Shown one piece after another: positions 56,311 through 64,000 of a DNA stretch of 64,000 bases. The position numbers were made by a program, and so were the translations under genes. Source of the stretch: an uncultured Clostridia bacterium (GTDB lineage: Bacteria; Bacillota; Clostridia; Saccharofermentanales; Saccharofermentanaceae); NCBI GenBank assembly GCA_947165785.1, contig CAMVBS010000003.1, forward strand, positions 12,656 to 76,655, in the 5' to 3' direction. Under the pieces are notes generated by a model. It searched no databases and was not told where the DNA came from. It saw only the letters and a list, made by a program, of their open reading frames with translations. Every line of letters starts with the position of its first letter. Position 1 is the stretch's first letter.

Positions 56311-57294
56311 TCAGAAGAAGATCTCAAGGGCGCGCTTAACAAGCGTATCAAATGACCTCGGCCATTGACCTGCTATCTCCCCCGTCTGACCGTTTATAAC
56401 TATCATATAACGCTTACCGTCATACTCGAATGAATTGACCCACATCGGAACAAGAAGATACTTGTACTTGAGGTTCCTGTATGAGGATGTAAGGTTCACG
56501 TTACTTTGGATCCTTGCATTCTCCAGGTGATATGCTTCGAGCCTCAGATACGACATCATCTCATTCATTGCGATATTCCATGCTTCTCCCAAAGTAATGG
56601 AATAGTGCTCGGCAGGAAAACCTGCAAGAGCCGAAGGAGTATAAGGTCTCGCATCCCTTGTCCGATAGTTTGCTACGGACATGAGAAGACGGTCTTCAGT
56701 AAGCTTCTTACTTGCAACTACGGGGAAATCATCAATGAACTTATCAAATTCCTTATTCTCAACAGTCCAGCAGTGAGTTGCATCGGAACCGTATTTGCCG
56801 CTATAGATACTCTTTGTCTCACAGTCGAAGGTAAAATACGGAATGTAAAGTCCGCGGAACTCACTAAGATCTGCTTCCTTGGAGAGTTTCTCAGGCGCGA
56901 GGCTCCTGTTGCCAAGCCATTCCTTGAATATAAACTGAGCGCGCTTCTCGCGGATCTTAAACGGGATTATTCCGTTTGGTGCGAGGATCTCATTCCTGTC
57001 ATCGATAGGAAGGATATTTGATGAGCCGCAGAATGGGCATGTGCCGGAGAACTGAAGCTTGCTGTTGACCGTCTCAGCCCCGCATGAATTGCAGTGAACG
57101 ATCTGCTTTTCCATTTTCCAGTCACGGCTCGCGAGCTTATTAGCCGCATCAAAATCCTCTTCGGGAACAACTATCTTGGAAACAAGTTCCGGGATCGGTT
57201 TCTTATATCCGCAAAACCCGCATACGAGCCTGTCCCAGCCCGGATCAAAAGTCAGTGTACCGCCGCACGAAGGGCATTTCATATCAGAAGCCAT
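56311..57294 (-). CDS. Double zinc-ribbon protein of unknown function
   Basis: CPSCGG...CGFCGY and CNSCGA...CPFCGS, followed by a beta-rich domain of about 220 aa. SD GGGAGG lies upstream. Confidence 0.6.
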   Translation of the reverse strand: MASDMKCPSCGGTLTFDPGWDRLVCGFCGYKKPIPELVSKIVVPEEDFDAANKLASRDWKMEKQIVHCNSCGAETVNSKLQFSGTCPFCGSSNILPIDDRNEILAPNGIIPFKIREKRAQFIFKEWLGNRSLAPEKLSKEADLSEFRGLYIPYFTFDCETKSIYSGKYGSDATHCWTVENKEFDKFIDDFPVVASKKLTEDRLLMSVANYRTRDARPYTPSALAGFPAEHYSITLGEAWNIAMNEMMSYLRLEAYHLENARIQSNVNLTSSYRNLKYKYLLVPMWVNSFEYDGKRYMIVINGQTGEIAGQWPRSFDTLVKRALEIFF

Positions 57295-57333
57295 TATTCT
57301 ATCCTCCCTCGATCTAACCTTTCAGATAGATAC

Positions 57334-57342
57334 ATTATACCA
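57334..57342 (-). promoter_or_regulatory. Extended -10 promoter (TGgTATAAT) for the zinc-ribbon gene
   Basis: The minus strand reads cttGGTATAATgt, about 40 nt upstream of ATG 57294. Confidence 0.45.
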
Positions 57343-57402
57343 AGCGATAACTATTCTATTTTTCGTTGTTGATGATATAGTAAGCGGCTATATTGATTTC
57401 AT

Positions 57403-57437
57403 TGCATAAGAAAAGACCTCGGAGGGGCCGAAGTCTT
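57403..57437 (-). terminator. Intrinsic terminator after the XRE-HD gene
   Basis: The minus-strand hairpin aagacttcgg-cccct-ccgaggtctt (one mismatch) is followed by ttcttatgc. Confidence 0.6.
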
Positions 57438-57561
57438 CTGCAATAACGGATAGATATAAAGTGACGTTATTTCATATATCTTCGCTTAACCTGGTTCAGT
57501 ATGTAGGATAACGTCCGTTATAAGTTACTATACACACTGTTACTTGTCAAGTTTATTTTTA

Positions 57562-58377
57562 CTACATTAATCTCTTATATATCTCGATCATGCTCTCGAT
57601 CTGGTACTTAAGAAGCCACCCTGCATTGTTATACCTCGGGTCAGCCTTAACGGTCTTCAGAAGGCGCGGAAAATACATCTCCGTCTCTTTTATGGTCCTG
57701 TAGATACGCTCACGCCTGAGGCCCCATGCCATGGTGGTAATATTGTTGCACCTGTCTATACATTTGATGAGAGAAGCCTGCGGATCGCGGGCAATGGCGT
57801 CATAATATCTTTTCATGACGGCATCGCGGTCTTTGTCAGTTGTCTTCGAGTGGGTAAGAAGTTTAACAAGTTCCCTTGTCCTGTCATCTACAGGCAGTTC
57901 CTCATAAGTCTTGCCGCAATCCTCGACAACATCATGAAGCAGACAAGCGGCGATAACCTCATCCTCCCTGATATCCATCGAGAGGGCGTGACAGGCAAGA
58001 TTCAGCGGGTGATAAATATATGGAACATCGGACCTTTTCCTGGTCTGTCCTTCATGGGCCTTGACCGCATAATCTACTGCCTTCATGGTATCAGTCAGAC
58101 CGAGGCTCTTGGCAGTAGCCTTGACATAAGTCCTCATGTGCTCCCAGTTATAGATCGTATCCTTCATATCGAAAACGTTCGACCGTTCCTCAACGATCGC
58201 CGACACTGACACATCGAACACCGCCGCGAGCCTTATAAGTTTGTCTGTATCCGGCTTATACTCATCGCGCTCCCAGGACGATACAGCCTGAAATGACACA
58301 TCGACCTTTTCCGCGACCTGTTCCTGAGTAAATTTATGATCTTCACGAAGCTTTCTAAGATTAGTTCCTATGCTCAT
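57562..58377 (-). CDS. XRE-family HTH fused to a RelA/SpoT-type HD (small alarmone hydrolase-like) domain
   Basis: N-terminal HTH_3 (LRKLREDHKFTQEQVAEKVDVSFQAVSSWERD). The HD_4-type motifs are AHEGQTRK...PYIYHPL...LLHDVVED. Confidence 0.8.
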   Translation of the reverse strand: MSIGTNLRKLREDHKFTQEQVAEKVDVSFQAVSSWERDEYKPDTDKLIRLAAVFDVSVSAIVEERSNVFDMKDTIYNWEHMRTYVKATAKSLGLTDTMKAVDYAVKAHEGQTRKRSDVPYIYHPLNLACHALSMDIREDEVIAACLLHDVVEDCGKTYEELPVDDRTRELVKLLTHSKTTDKDRDAVMKRYYDAIARDPQASLIKCIDRCNNITTMAWGLRRERIYRTIKETEMYFPRLLKTVKADPRYNNAGWLLKYQIESMIEIYKRLM

Positions 58378-58425
58378 ATCTCTCTCCTTCTATGTCGAAG
58401 CCGAAGCACTTGGTTCTACCCTTCG

Positions 58426-58487
58426 ATCCGTCTTTATGATAAACGGATATACATTAATATTTTAGCGGTCGGAAGTTGAAGTTTCAA
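58426..58487 (-). promoter_or_regulatory. Candidate promoter and leader inverted repeat of the XRE-HD gene
   Basis: The minus strand has TTGAAA (58487-58482), 17 nt, then TAAAAT (58464-58459). The downstream inverted repeat ATCCGT-N11-ACGGAT (58426-58448) lies in the leader. Confidence 0.4.
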
Positions 58488-58518
58488 TAAATTATTCAAG
58501 TCTGACTTGAGTTACTTT

Positions 58519-58556
58519 CCAAACAAAAGACCGGAGAAACAAAAATTTCTCCGGTC
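58519..58556 (-). terminator. Intrinsic terminator after the zinc-ribbon lipoprotein gene
   Basis: An 11-bp stem (gaccggagaaa / tttctccggtc) is followed on the minus strand by ttttgtttgg. Confidence 0.7.
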
Positions 58557-58578
58557 TTCTTTAAGTCGATCTTATCGG

Positions 58579-59316
58579 TCAGTTGCCTGTAGCCTCATCG
58601 TAGGCAGTCTGAGATGCCTCGGTAAGAGAGATCTCCGTGAATTCAACTGATACATTGAAGACCGAGAATCCTTGCCTTAAGTCATACGCAAGTCCCTCTT
58701 CAAGAACATCCTTGTTAGCATCTATGTTCGAGAATGAATAATAAGCAATTACATTGTTAAGTCTTACGGCAGCAAGTTCAGGAGCTGATGTTTGAAACTG
58801 CTCGTCACTCAATACAACGCCATCAAGCACATCGTATGTGATCGTAGCGGCGAAATCGACCTCGATCGTAAGACCTGTAGCCGGATCTTCACAAATGATA
58901 GGGCTGTCTTCGAGGTTCGCGATCTGAATCTCATTCTTGCCCTTCTCATCATAAGACTGTTCCTCTGTCTCATACGGCATGATGGTCGGTCTTGCCGAAG
59001 AATCTCCTGATCCGTCAGATTCATCCTGAACAACAAAAGAATCAGGTGCAGGCTCACCGCATTCATTACAGAACGCGCCCTTATTTCCGAAAGCTCCGCA
59101 GTTCTCACACATCCATTCCGTAGCAGGCTCTGTCTCTTCACTTTCAGTTGTCGCGGTCGTCTCTATTACTTTTGATATCTCTTCTGCGGCTGCTATAGCA
59201 GAAGTCGTCGTCTCTGCTGTTGTTTCTTCTTTCTTGTCATCCTTTGAACATCCTGCCAAAGAAGCCATGACAGCTGCACTTAATATGATCGCACAAAGCA
59301 CTTTCAATTTCTTCAT
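58579..59316 (-). CDS. Hypothetical lipoprotein containing a zinc-ribbon motif
   Basis: Start at ATG 59316 (SD GGAGG 6 nt upstream). Lipobox SLAGCSK, then CENCG...CNECG, and a C-terminal beta-rich domain. Confidence 0.55.
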   Translation of the reverse strand: MKKLKVLCAIILSAAVMASLAGCSKDDKKEETTAETTTSAIAAAEEISKVIETTATTESEETEPATEWMCENCGAFGNKGAFCNECGEPAPDSFVVQDESDGSGDSSARPTIMPYETEEQSYDEKGKNEIQIANLEDSPIICEDPATGLTIEVDFAATITYDVLDGVVLSDEQFQTSAPELAAVRLNNVIAYYSFSNIDANKDVLEEGLAYDLRQGFSVFNVSVEFTEISLTEASQTAYDEATGN

Positions 59317-59339
59317 TTTATTCCTCCATTTCCTTCTTA

Positions 59340-59912
59340 TCACATCTTTATAAGTATAGGTCTGCACGGTGCACCGTCAGATCCTGCAAGGTTAAGAGGC
59401 GCACTCGACAGAAGATAACGTCCCTCAGGAACTTCTCCGAGCCTTATGCCTTCCAGAAGCACGACTTCGGCTCCAAGCATTACCAGATGTACCTGCATCG
59501 GTGCATCTTCAGGACCCACGGTCTGTGATTCATTTCCGTAGAGCTTGATGCCGGCCTCGGCCAACACCTTTGAGGCCTCCAGAGTCAGAGTTGAATCACC
59601 CTTAACAAGGATCCTCTCGCGCTCGATCTGAAGCATCTTCTCGGCATCTTCAGCAGTAACATCTCCCTCATGCTCGAAAACATAAGCCTCACCGACAAAT
59701 CGCGTCATATCCACCTGATCGATGGTCTTGCCGCTGTCGATAAAGTGATAAGGTGCATCAACGTGAGTACCGTTATGAGCGCACATCTCAAAAGCCGTGA
59801 GGTTACAGATCGCGCCGTCGCTTATCTTCATCATGGTCTTCCTTGAAGGACTCGGATCGCCCGGAAAGACCTTGCAGCTGAATACTTCCTGTGAAATGTC
59901 GTAGATCTTCAT
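59340..59912 (-). CDS. Cyclase-family protein (kynurenine formamidase-like)
   Basis: The motif HNGTHVDAPYH is present. Start at ATG 59912, 1 nt after the upstream stop. Confidence 0.8.
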   Translation of the reverse strand: MKIYDISQEVFSCKVFPGDPSPSRKTMMKISDGAICNLTAFEMCAHNGTHVDAPYHFIDSGKTIDQVDMTRFVGEAYVFEHEGDVTAEDAEKMLQIERERILVKGDSTLTLEASKVLAEAGIKLYGNESQTVGPEDAPMQVHLVMLGAEVVLLEGIRLGEVPEGRYLLSSAPLNLAGSDGAPCRPILIKM

Positions 59913-59913
59913 A

Positions 59914-61473
59914 TTAGTTATCCTGATACCATATGCCGCCTTCACCTTCACGGCAGACGAGCATATTGACTGTTATCTCTCCGTCCTTTATCCTTTCTTC
60001 CCTTGCATAGTCAGGGAGCATGGCGATCAGATCCTCTCCTATCTCATCAACAGAACTGCCTTTAAGATAAAGAGTGTATGTTACGTCCTTAGCCAGATGC
60101 GGGATCTCTACATAATTGGTGTCACCGGAATCGTTAGTCGTTCCTGCCTCATATGTAAGATCGTATGTATCCAGCTTGATCTCGTATACATTATCAGACA
60201 CTTTGGATACAAATGTAAAGGTTCCCGTATATTCATTCTTATCAGCAGGTTCTCCCTGATGAAAGTAAGCGTAAGATCCTTTGCAGCTGCCGTCTGCCTG
60301 AATGGTGATCTCAGGATGAGTATTTCCGTTCTTAAAGAACAATGGAAACTTCATAACGCAGCCTATGAAATTCTCGGAATCAAGACCCGGGATAACAGGC
60401 TGGAATGTAATATCAAGAGGATTCCACTGTGCCGGTGCGCCTGCCTTGATCTCAGGCGTAAGACCTTCGGCCGTTTCCTTATCGGCGATCCTCTGCTCGA
60501 TCGTACCTATCGGAGTGATCTCTATACCGTTATCAACAAGAGCTGAATAGATCCCATTACTCTCATCATATAATGAATCGTCATCATCACGAACGCAGTA
60601 GAAATAATTTCCATATCCGCCCTGGGTATCGATAAAGGAACCGTCGGAATAGGAGATGAACGAATAAGAATCCGGAGCTGCTTCTCCGCCTTCCTCGAAC
60701 CAGAAACTGAGGAATGCATAATTCGATCCCTCATCTATCGGCAGTGAAATGTTGTTGCCGTCATAAAAAAGTCCCATTTCAAGACTTGTCGTGGATTCAT
60801 CGCCATAGATGAAGTGATAATTGCCTTCTGCATCTATATAGCTCTTATCATACACATGATAAGCTGCTCCGCCCGATCCGTCATTATCCATATATCCGTA
60901 TTCATTGATAAAGAAATGACTTCTTGACCATGCGGCATCAGTATAGACTGTACGAAGTTCGCCGCCGAAATCCTTGATAACAAATATCTCGTCAAAAAGA
61001 TCAGCGGATGAAACACATATGCTTATTACAAGTTCCTTTTGTCCGTCCATGCCGCAATCGATATATGAATAGCTTATACCGCCCAGATCAGATGAAGTAT
61101 ACTCATTACTGAAAGAAGCAATGACCAGATTAGTGAGAGCTTCAAGATTCATTTCCTGACCGTCTATATCAGCCAGTAATCCCATACCGCTCTTATCCCC
61201 GGATCCATTGATCTTAACTGTAGTTTCATTTTTGAGGAACTTCTCATAAAGGTTATCTTCAGCCGGTACTTCAGCTACTGTCTCGACAGGTGCCGAAGTG
61301 GTCTCAGCCGTAGTTTCTGTAGTCTCAACCGTGGTCTCTTCGGATATCTCTATCTCTTCATCATCGTCGTGTCTTGGTGTTCTCTTTTTATCACCGTGAT
61401 CAGCGCACGATGCGAGCATTGCCACAGAAAGTGCAAGGGCAACTGCTGAAGTAACTATCTTTCTAAGTTTCAT
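59914..61473 (-). CDS. Hypothetical large lipoprotein
   Basis: Lipobox MLASCADHG and a T/E-rich linker, with SD GGGGGAAGAG upstream. Confidence 0.55.
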   Translation of the reverse strand: MKLRKIVTSAVALALSVAMLASCADHGDKKRTPRHDDDEEIEISEETTVETTETTAETTSAPVETVAEVPAEDNLYEKFLKNETTVKINGSGDKSGMGLLADIDGQEMNLEALTNLVIASFSNEYTSSDLGGISYSYIDCGMDGQKELVISICVSSADLFDEIFVIKDFGGELRTVYTDAAWSRSHFFINEYGYMDNDGSGGAAYHVYDKSYIDAEGNYHFIYGDESTTSLEMGLFYDGNNISLPIDEGSNYAFLSFWFEEGGEAAPDSYSFISYSDGSFIDTQGGYGNYFYCVRDDDDSLYDESNGIYSALVDNGIEITPIGTIEQRIADKETAEGLTPEIKAGAPAQWNPLDITFQPVIPGLDSENFIGCVMKFPLFFKNGNTHPEITIQADGSCKGSYAYFHQGEPADKNEYTGTFTFVSKVSDNVYEIKLDTYDLTYEAGTTNDSGDTNYVEIPHLAKDVTYTLYLKGSSVDEIGEDLIAMLPDYAREERIKDGEITVNMLVCREGEGGIWYQDN

Positions 61474-61635
61474 TAACTCTTCCCCCTCGGATCAAAAAAA
61501 TCTTTTCAAAGAGTAGCACTATTCAAAAGATAGTTCAATCGACATAAAGGTAAAGTTATTTAGTCTTTTCCAAGATCATATGAGCAGATCTGCCGCCTAC
61601 GAGCTTCTTTCCCATATCGATCTTCCTTCTTCATC

Positions 61636-62049
61636 TCAGAGGACAGATTCGACCACCTTTATTATCGCATCCACGAGCGGAATGGAGTCGACCGTGTTGG
61701 ATAAGGTATCCGGATCCTCCTCTTCAATATCTTCCGCAGATATATGATCACGGGCTCCGCCTATCTGCCCGGGCTTTGGAGCCATGCTTACTATGATCTT
61801 GCCTTTCTTGGAATCAGCATCAACGTAGATGTAATTGGTCCTGTGAGCTCCGCTATAGACTATGACTTCACGTTCTTTACCAAATGCCCTGATCCACCCC
61901 ATCTTAGGATCACCAAACTCCGAACCTGCGGTCTGAAGAACGGTAAGAAGGCTCGCGTTGGTGTAGCCTTTATCGTTCCTGAGTTTTTTGTAACCGTATG
62001 ATGTATCGTCAGATGATGCAAACAGATCAGCAAGATCAAAAATACCCAT
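61636..62049 (-). CDS. Hypothetical 137 aa cytoplasmic protein
   Basis: Start at ATG 62049 behind GAGGA. I recognise no family. Confidence 0.4.
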   Translation of the reverse strand: MGIFDLADLFASSDDTSYGYKKLRNDKGYTNASLLTVLQTAGSEFGDPKMGWIRAFGKEREVIVYSGAHRTNYIYVDADSKKGKIIVSMAPKPGQIGGARDHISAEDIEEEDPDTLSNTVDSIPLVDAIIKVVESVL

Positions 62050-62145
62050 GTTAATTATCCTCACTTTTTCGAAAAGTAAATCATCAAAAAAACAAATTAC
62101 CGCCTTTTATTATACTGTATAATTGACCTGTAGGAGGTAAGTTAA

Positions 62146-62799
62146 ATGAGAGTAAGCAAAACTTTTTTGGCAATAATCATCGGCGCCGTTTTATTCTTCG
62201 CGGGATTCGGGATCTTAATGGCCGTGGGACTTAATCATGAACAGGCCACGCACTTTTCCCCTGTCGGACAGACTTCCGAAGAAAGTGTCGTACTTACCCA
62301 GGACTTTCTCCATAGGGAATATGATGCTTATGTAAGTTCTCAGAAACCCACGGGCACTATGTCAAACGTCATGCTCGTTATAGGAATACTTGCGGTAGTC
62401 ATCATGATCCTCGTACTTGCGGTAAAACTTACACGTCATACCTTCTCCGGTTCCGATCTGGCTTATGTGATCCCGGTGATCGCGGTCGGAGTTATCCTGA
62501 TACTCCTGTCATTGCTGTTCGGATCTTCATACAGGAAAATGATGAGGAATAAAGATGAACCCATTACACTTAAAAAGGTATCGGTCACACATATGGAAGA
62601 ACGCCAAAGCCACTATACCGATGGCGACGGTACTGTTTCTTCAACATCCTATTACTACGTTACGATAGACGGAGTTGAGAAGCTCTTCTCAAAGGATGAT
62701 TATGATCGTTTCGAGAGCGGCAAGGAATATTATGCTGCAAAAGCAGGCAATAATCTGACGTTCAGATATTATCCTGTGGACAAGTTTGTAACCGAGTGA
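62146..62799 (+). CDS. Hypothetical membrane protein (three TM helices + C-terminal domain)
   Basis: Strong SD TAGGAGG upstream and hydrophobic segments. Confidence 0.45.
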   Translation: MRVSKTFLAIIIGAVLFFAGFGILMAVGLNHEQATHFSPVGQTSEESVVLTQDFLHREYDAYVSSQKPTGTMSNVMLVIGILAVVIMILVLAVKLTRHTFSGSDLAYVIPVIAVGVILILLSLLFGSSYRKMMRNKDEPITLKKVSVTHMEERQSHYTDGDGTVSSTSYYYVTIDGVEKLFSKDDYDRFESGKEYYAAKAGNNLTFRYYPVDKFVTE

Positions 62800-62812
62800 G
62801 ATAAGAATATTT

Positions 62813-62848
62813 AAAGCCGTGGTCCGTTAAAGGATCGCGGCTTTTGTT
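62813..62848. terminator. Bidirectional intrinsic terminator between convergent genes
   Basis: A 13-bp stem (aaagccgtggtcc / ggatcgcggcttt, two G-U pairs) followed by a T tract. Confidence 0.65.
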
Positions 62849-63943
62849 CTACTTGGGATCCTTGTGGCGAAGATCACGGATCATGCGGGTCTTGACCTTG
62901 AGCTCCTCATTGAGGTTCTTATTGTAGCGCTCGATACTCTCAAGGTGCTGCTGATGGGCAGTGTCGTCGTTTATCTCGAGAAGATAGCCGCGTTTTTTGG
63001 AACCGTCATAAAGGTCACTTACGCGCACGGCATAGATGAACTCTCCTCTGCGGTGGTAGTGGAGCTTGGATACATTCTCGCGCTTAAGATCTTCGATCCA
63101 CTTATCAAAAAGGACTCGCACATCCTCGTTCTCGATGATCTTGTCGGCGTGGTTATGAGCTATCTCAGGGAAAAATCTCTTGGCAGCATCCGTGGCGCTC
63201 AGATAGCGTTTCTGAAGATCAAGGGAGATATAGCCGAACTGTCCTTCCTTAATAATGGATGAACTCACAAGATCACCTACATCATAAAGAACTACACGGT
63301 CCATGATGATAAGGAAACCTATCTCGTCGACTAAGTCTGCAACAGCCATCCACTCGATGTCCTTAGTGATCGCGCGGCCTATGAAATATGCAAAGATCGA
63401 GAAGATCTGCATAAATGCGGCTATCGCGAGGTTACGGCGGGAGACATCGGGTTTATGAAGATAACCGTAGATGAGCGCATAGAAAGTAAGCACCAGAAGG
63501 ATACCTATCTCAGCATAAAAAAGTATGTGAAGAGGACCGTATTCCTTCATAAGGACTGCCGCGCCATCGTGGATCTCAAGTTCAACACTCTCGTAGAAAA
63601 GCGGCAGATATCCTGACGTAAGGACACAGCAGTACACGATCATGCAAAATCCCACAAGAACGAAGTGGACCCATTTGGAGACATGGATCTTACATATCGA
63701 AAAAACCAGAAGAAGTCCCACCAGAGGAAGAAAACAGCCTCCGACATAGAGGAACTTGTTGATGATCAGAGCCTCACGGACATCGCGTGCCAGCGCCAGC
63801 AACACATAGCAGAAATGCGACAGGAACGCCAGAAGGAAGATCATTGTATATCGCACGGAATAGAAGTTACGCTTCTTCCAGTAGAAGACTGCGCAGCATA
63901 TGAGGGACAGGATGCATATCACAATATAGAACGTCAGTACCAT
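62849..63943 (-). CDS. 7TM sensor-like membrane protein ending in a coiled coil, no recognisable output domain
   Basis: Seven hydrophobic helices (like the histidine-kinase N-terminal 7TM type), then a cytoplasmic domain of about 150 aa. Its start abuts the upstream stop (TAAATG). Confidence 0.5.
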   Translation of the reverse strand: MVLTFYIVICILSLICCAVFYWKKRNFYSVRYTMIFLLAFLSHFCYVLLALARDVREALIINKFLYVGGCFLPLVGLLLVFSICKIHVSKWVHFVLVGFCMIVYCCVLTSGYLPLFYESVELEIHDGAAVLMKEYGPLHILFYAEIGILLVLTFYALIYGYLHKPDVSRRNLAIAAFMQIFSIFAYFIGRAITKDIEWMAVADLVDEIGFLIIMDRVVLYDVGDLVSSSIIKEGQFGYISLDLQKRYLSATDAAKRFFPEIAHNHADKIIENEDVRVLFDKWIEDLKRENVSKLHYHRRGEFIYAVRVSDLYDGSKKRGYLLEINDDTAHQQHLESIERYNKNLNEELKVKTRMIRDLRHKDPK

Positions 63944-64000
63944 TTATGCATTCACCACCTTCAGATAATCGAGGAAGACCTCCTCCTGCACAGGCTTGGA
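63944..64000 (-). CDS. 3' end of an upstream gene, possibly a receiver-domain protein (partial)
   Basis: Only ...SKPVQEEVFLDYLKVVNA* is visible. The KP plus amphipathic tail resembles a receiver alpha-5 helix, which is very weak evidence. Confidence 0.25.
   Translation of the reverse strand, partial: SKPVQEEVFLDYLKVVNA

Noticed and set aside
61560-61634. A 24-codon ORF (MKKEDRYGKEARRRQICSYDLGKD) starting 1 nt after the stop of 61636..62049.
   Set aside because: It has no SD, no hydrophobic or otherwise recognisable character, and lies in a plain 3' region.
1-64000. A search for mobile elements, tRNA/rRNA genes, CRISPR arrays, prophage or integrase genes, and terminal inverted repeats bounding the hypothetical-rich 49-62 kb stretch.
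   Set aside because: I recognised none by eye. The 49-62 kb region looks somewhat AT-richer, but I could define no boundaries or repeats without computation.

Overview
This 64 kb window looks like a chromosomal segment of an anaerobic Firmicute, probably a Lachnospiraceae-like gut or rumen Clostridium. That assignment is an inference from four things: the thiH-dependent thiamine route, GGAGG-type Shine-Dalgarno (SD) sites, many Cys-lipobox lipoproteins, and the GH5/GH10/GH13/GH16/GH27 enzymes. I support about 62 protein-coding genes plus several intrinsic terminators and operator-like palindromes. I found no rRNA, tRNA, CRISPR array, transposase, integrase or phage structural gene.

Gene content, in order along the window:
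- thiF(partial)-thiG-thiH-thiE and thiC.
- A secreted transglutaminase-like/DUF4214 protein.
- A long minus-strand block: GH16 lipoprotein, Sel1-repeat protein, HAD phosphatase, GH13, membrane lipase, GNAT, MarR, GH27, GH5, NudC, an acidic lipoprotein and a DUF4003-like protein.
- An Fe-S aldo/keto reductase, an AMMECR1 plus LigB-like pair, and a phosphoribosyltransferase.
- blaI/blaR1-like genes.
- A YesN/YesM-type two-component pair followed by a ytfQRT-yjfF-like sugar ABC transporter with a second binding protein.
- A second DUF4003-like paralog.
- A patch of small regulators and membrane proteins.
- A VTC-domain / DUF4956 / CotH triad followed by a GH10-esterase fusion.
- A hypothetical-rich stretch (about 49-62 kb): lipoproteins, a DUF4272-like protein, a P-loop protein, an S28/S37-like peptidase, a flavin reductase, a PD-(D/E)xK sce7726-like protein, a double zinc-ribbon protein, an XRE-HTH::SpoT-type HD fusion and a cyclase-family protein.

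Most noteworthy observations:
1. The uncharacterised VTC/DUF4956/CotH module. Its VTC gene carries an in-frame TGA, and conserved coding sequence continues after it.
2. A 31-codon hydrophobic ORF with a strong SD. It resembles a type I toxin and sits beside an 18-bp perfect palindrome in the DUF2809-tetR control region.
3. An HTH-fused small-alarmone-hydrolase-like protein with repeated ACGGAT/ATAACG motifs on both flanks.
4. An orphan PD-(D/E)xK gene preceded by a terminator-like leader hairpin.

All domain calls come from reading the translated ORFs by eye. No database search was run.
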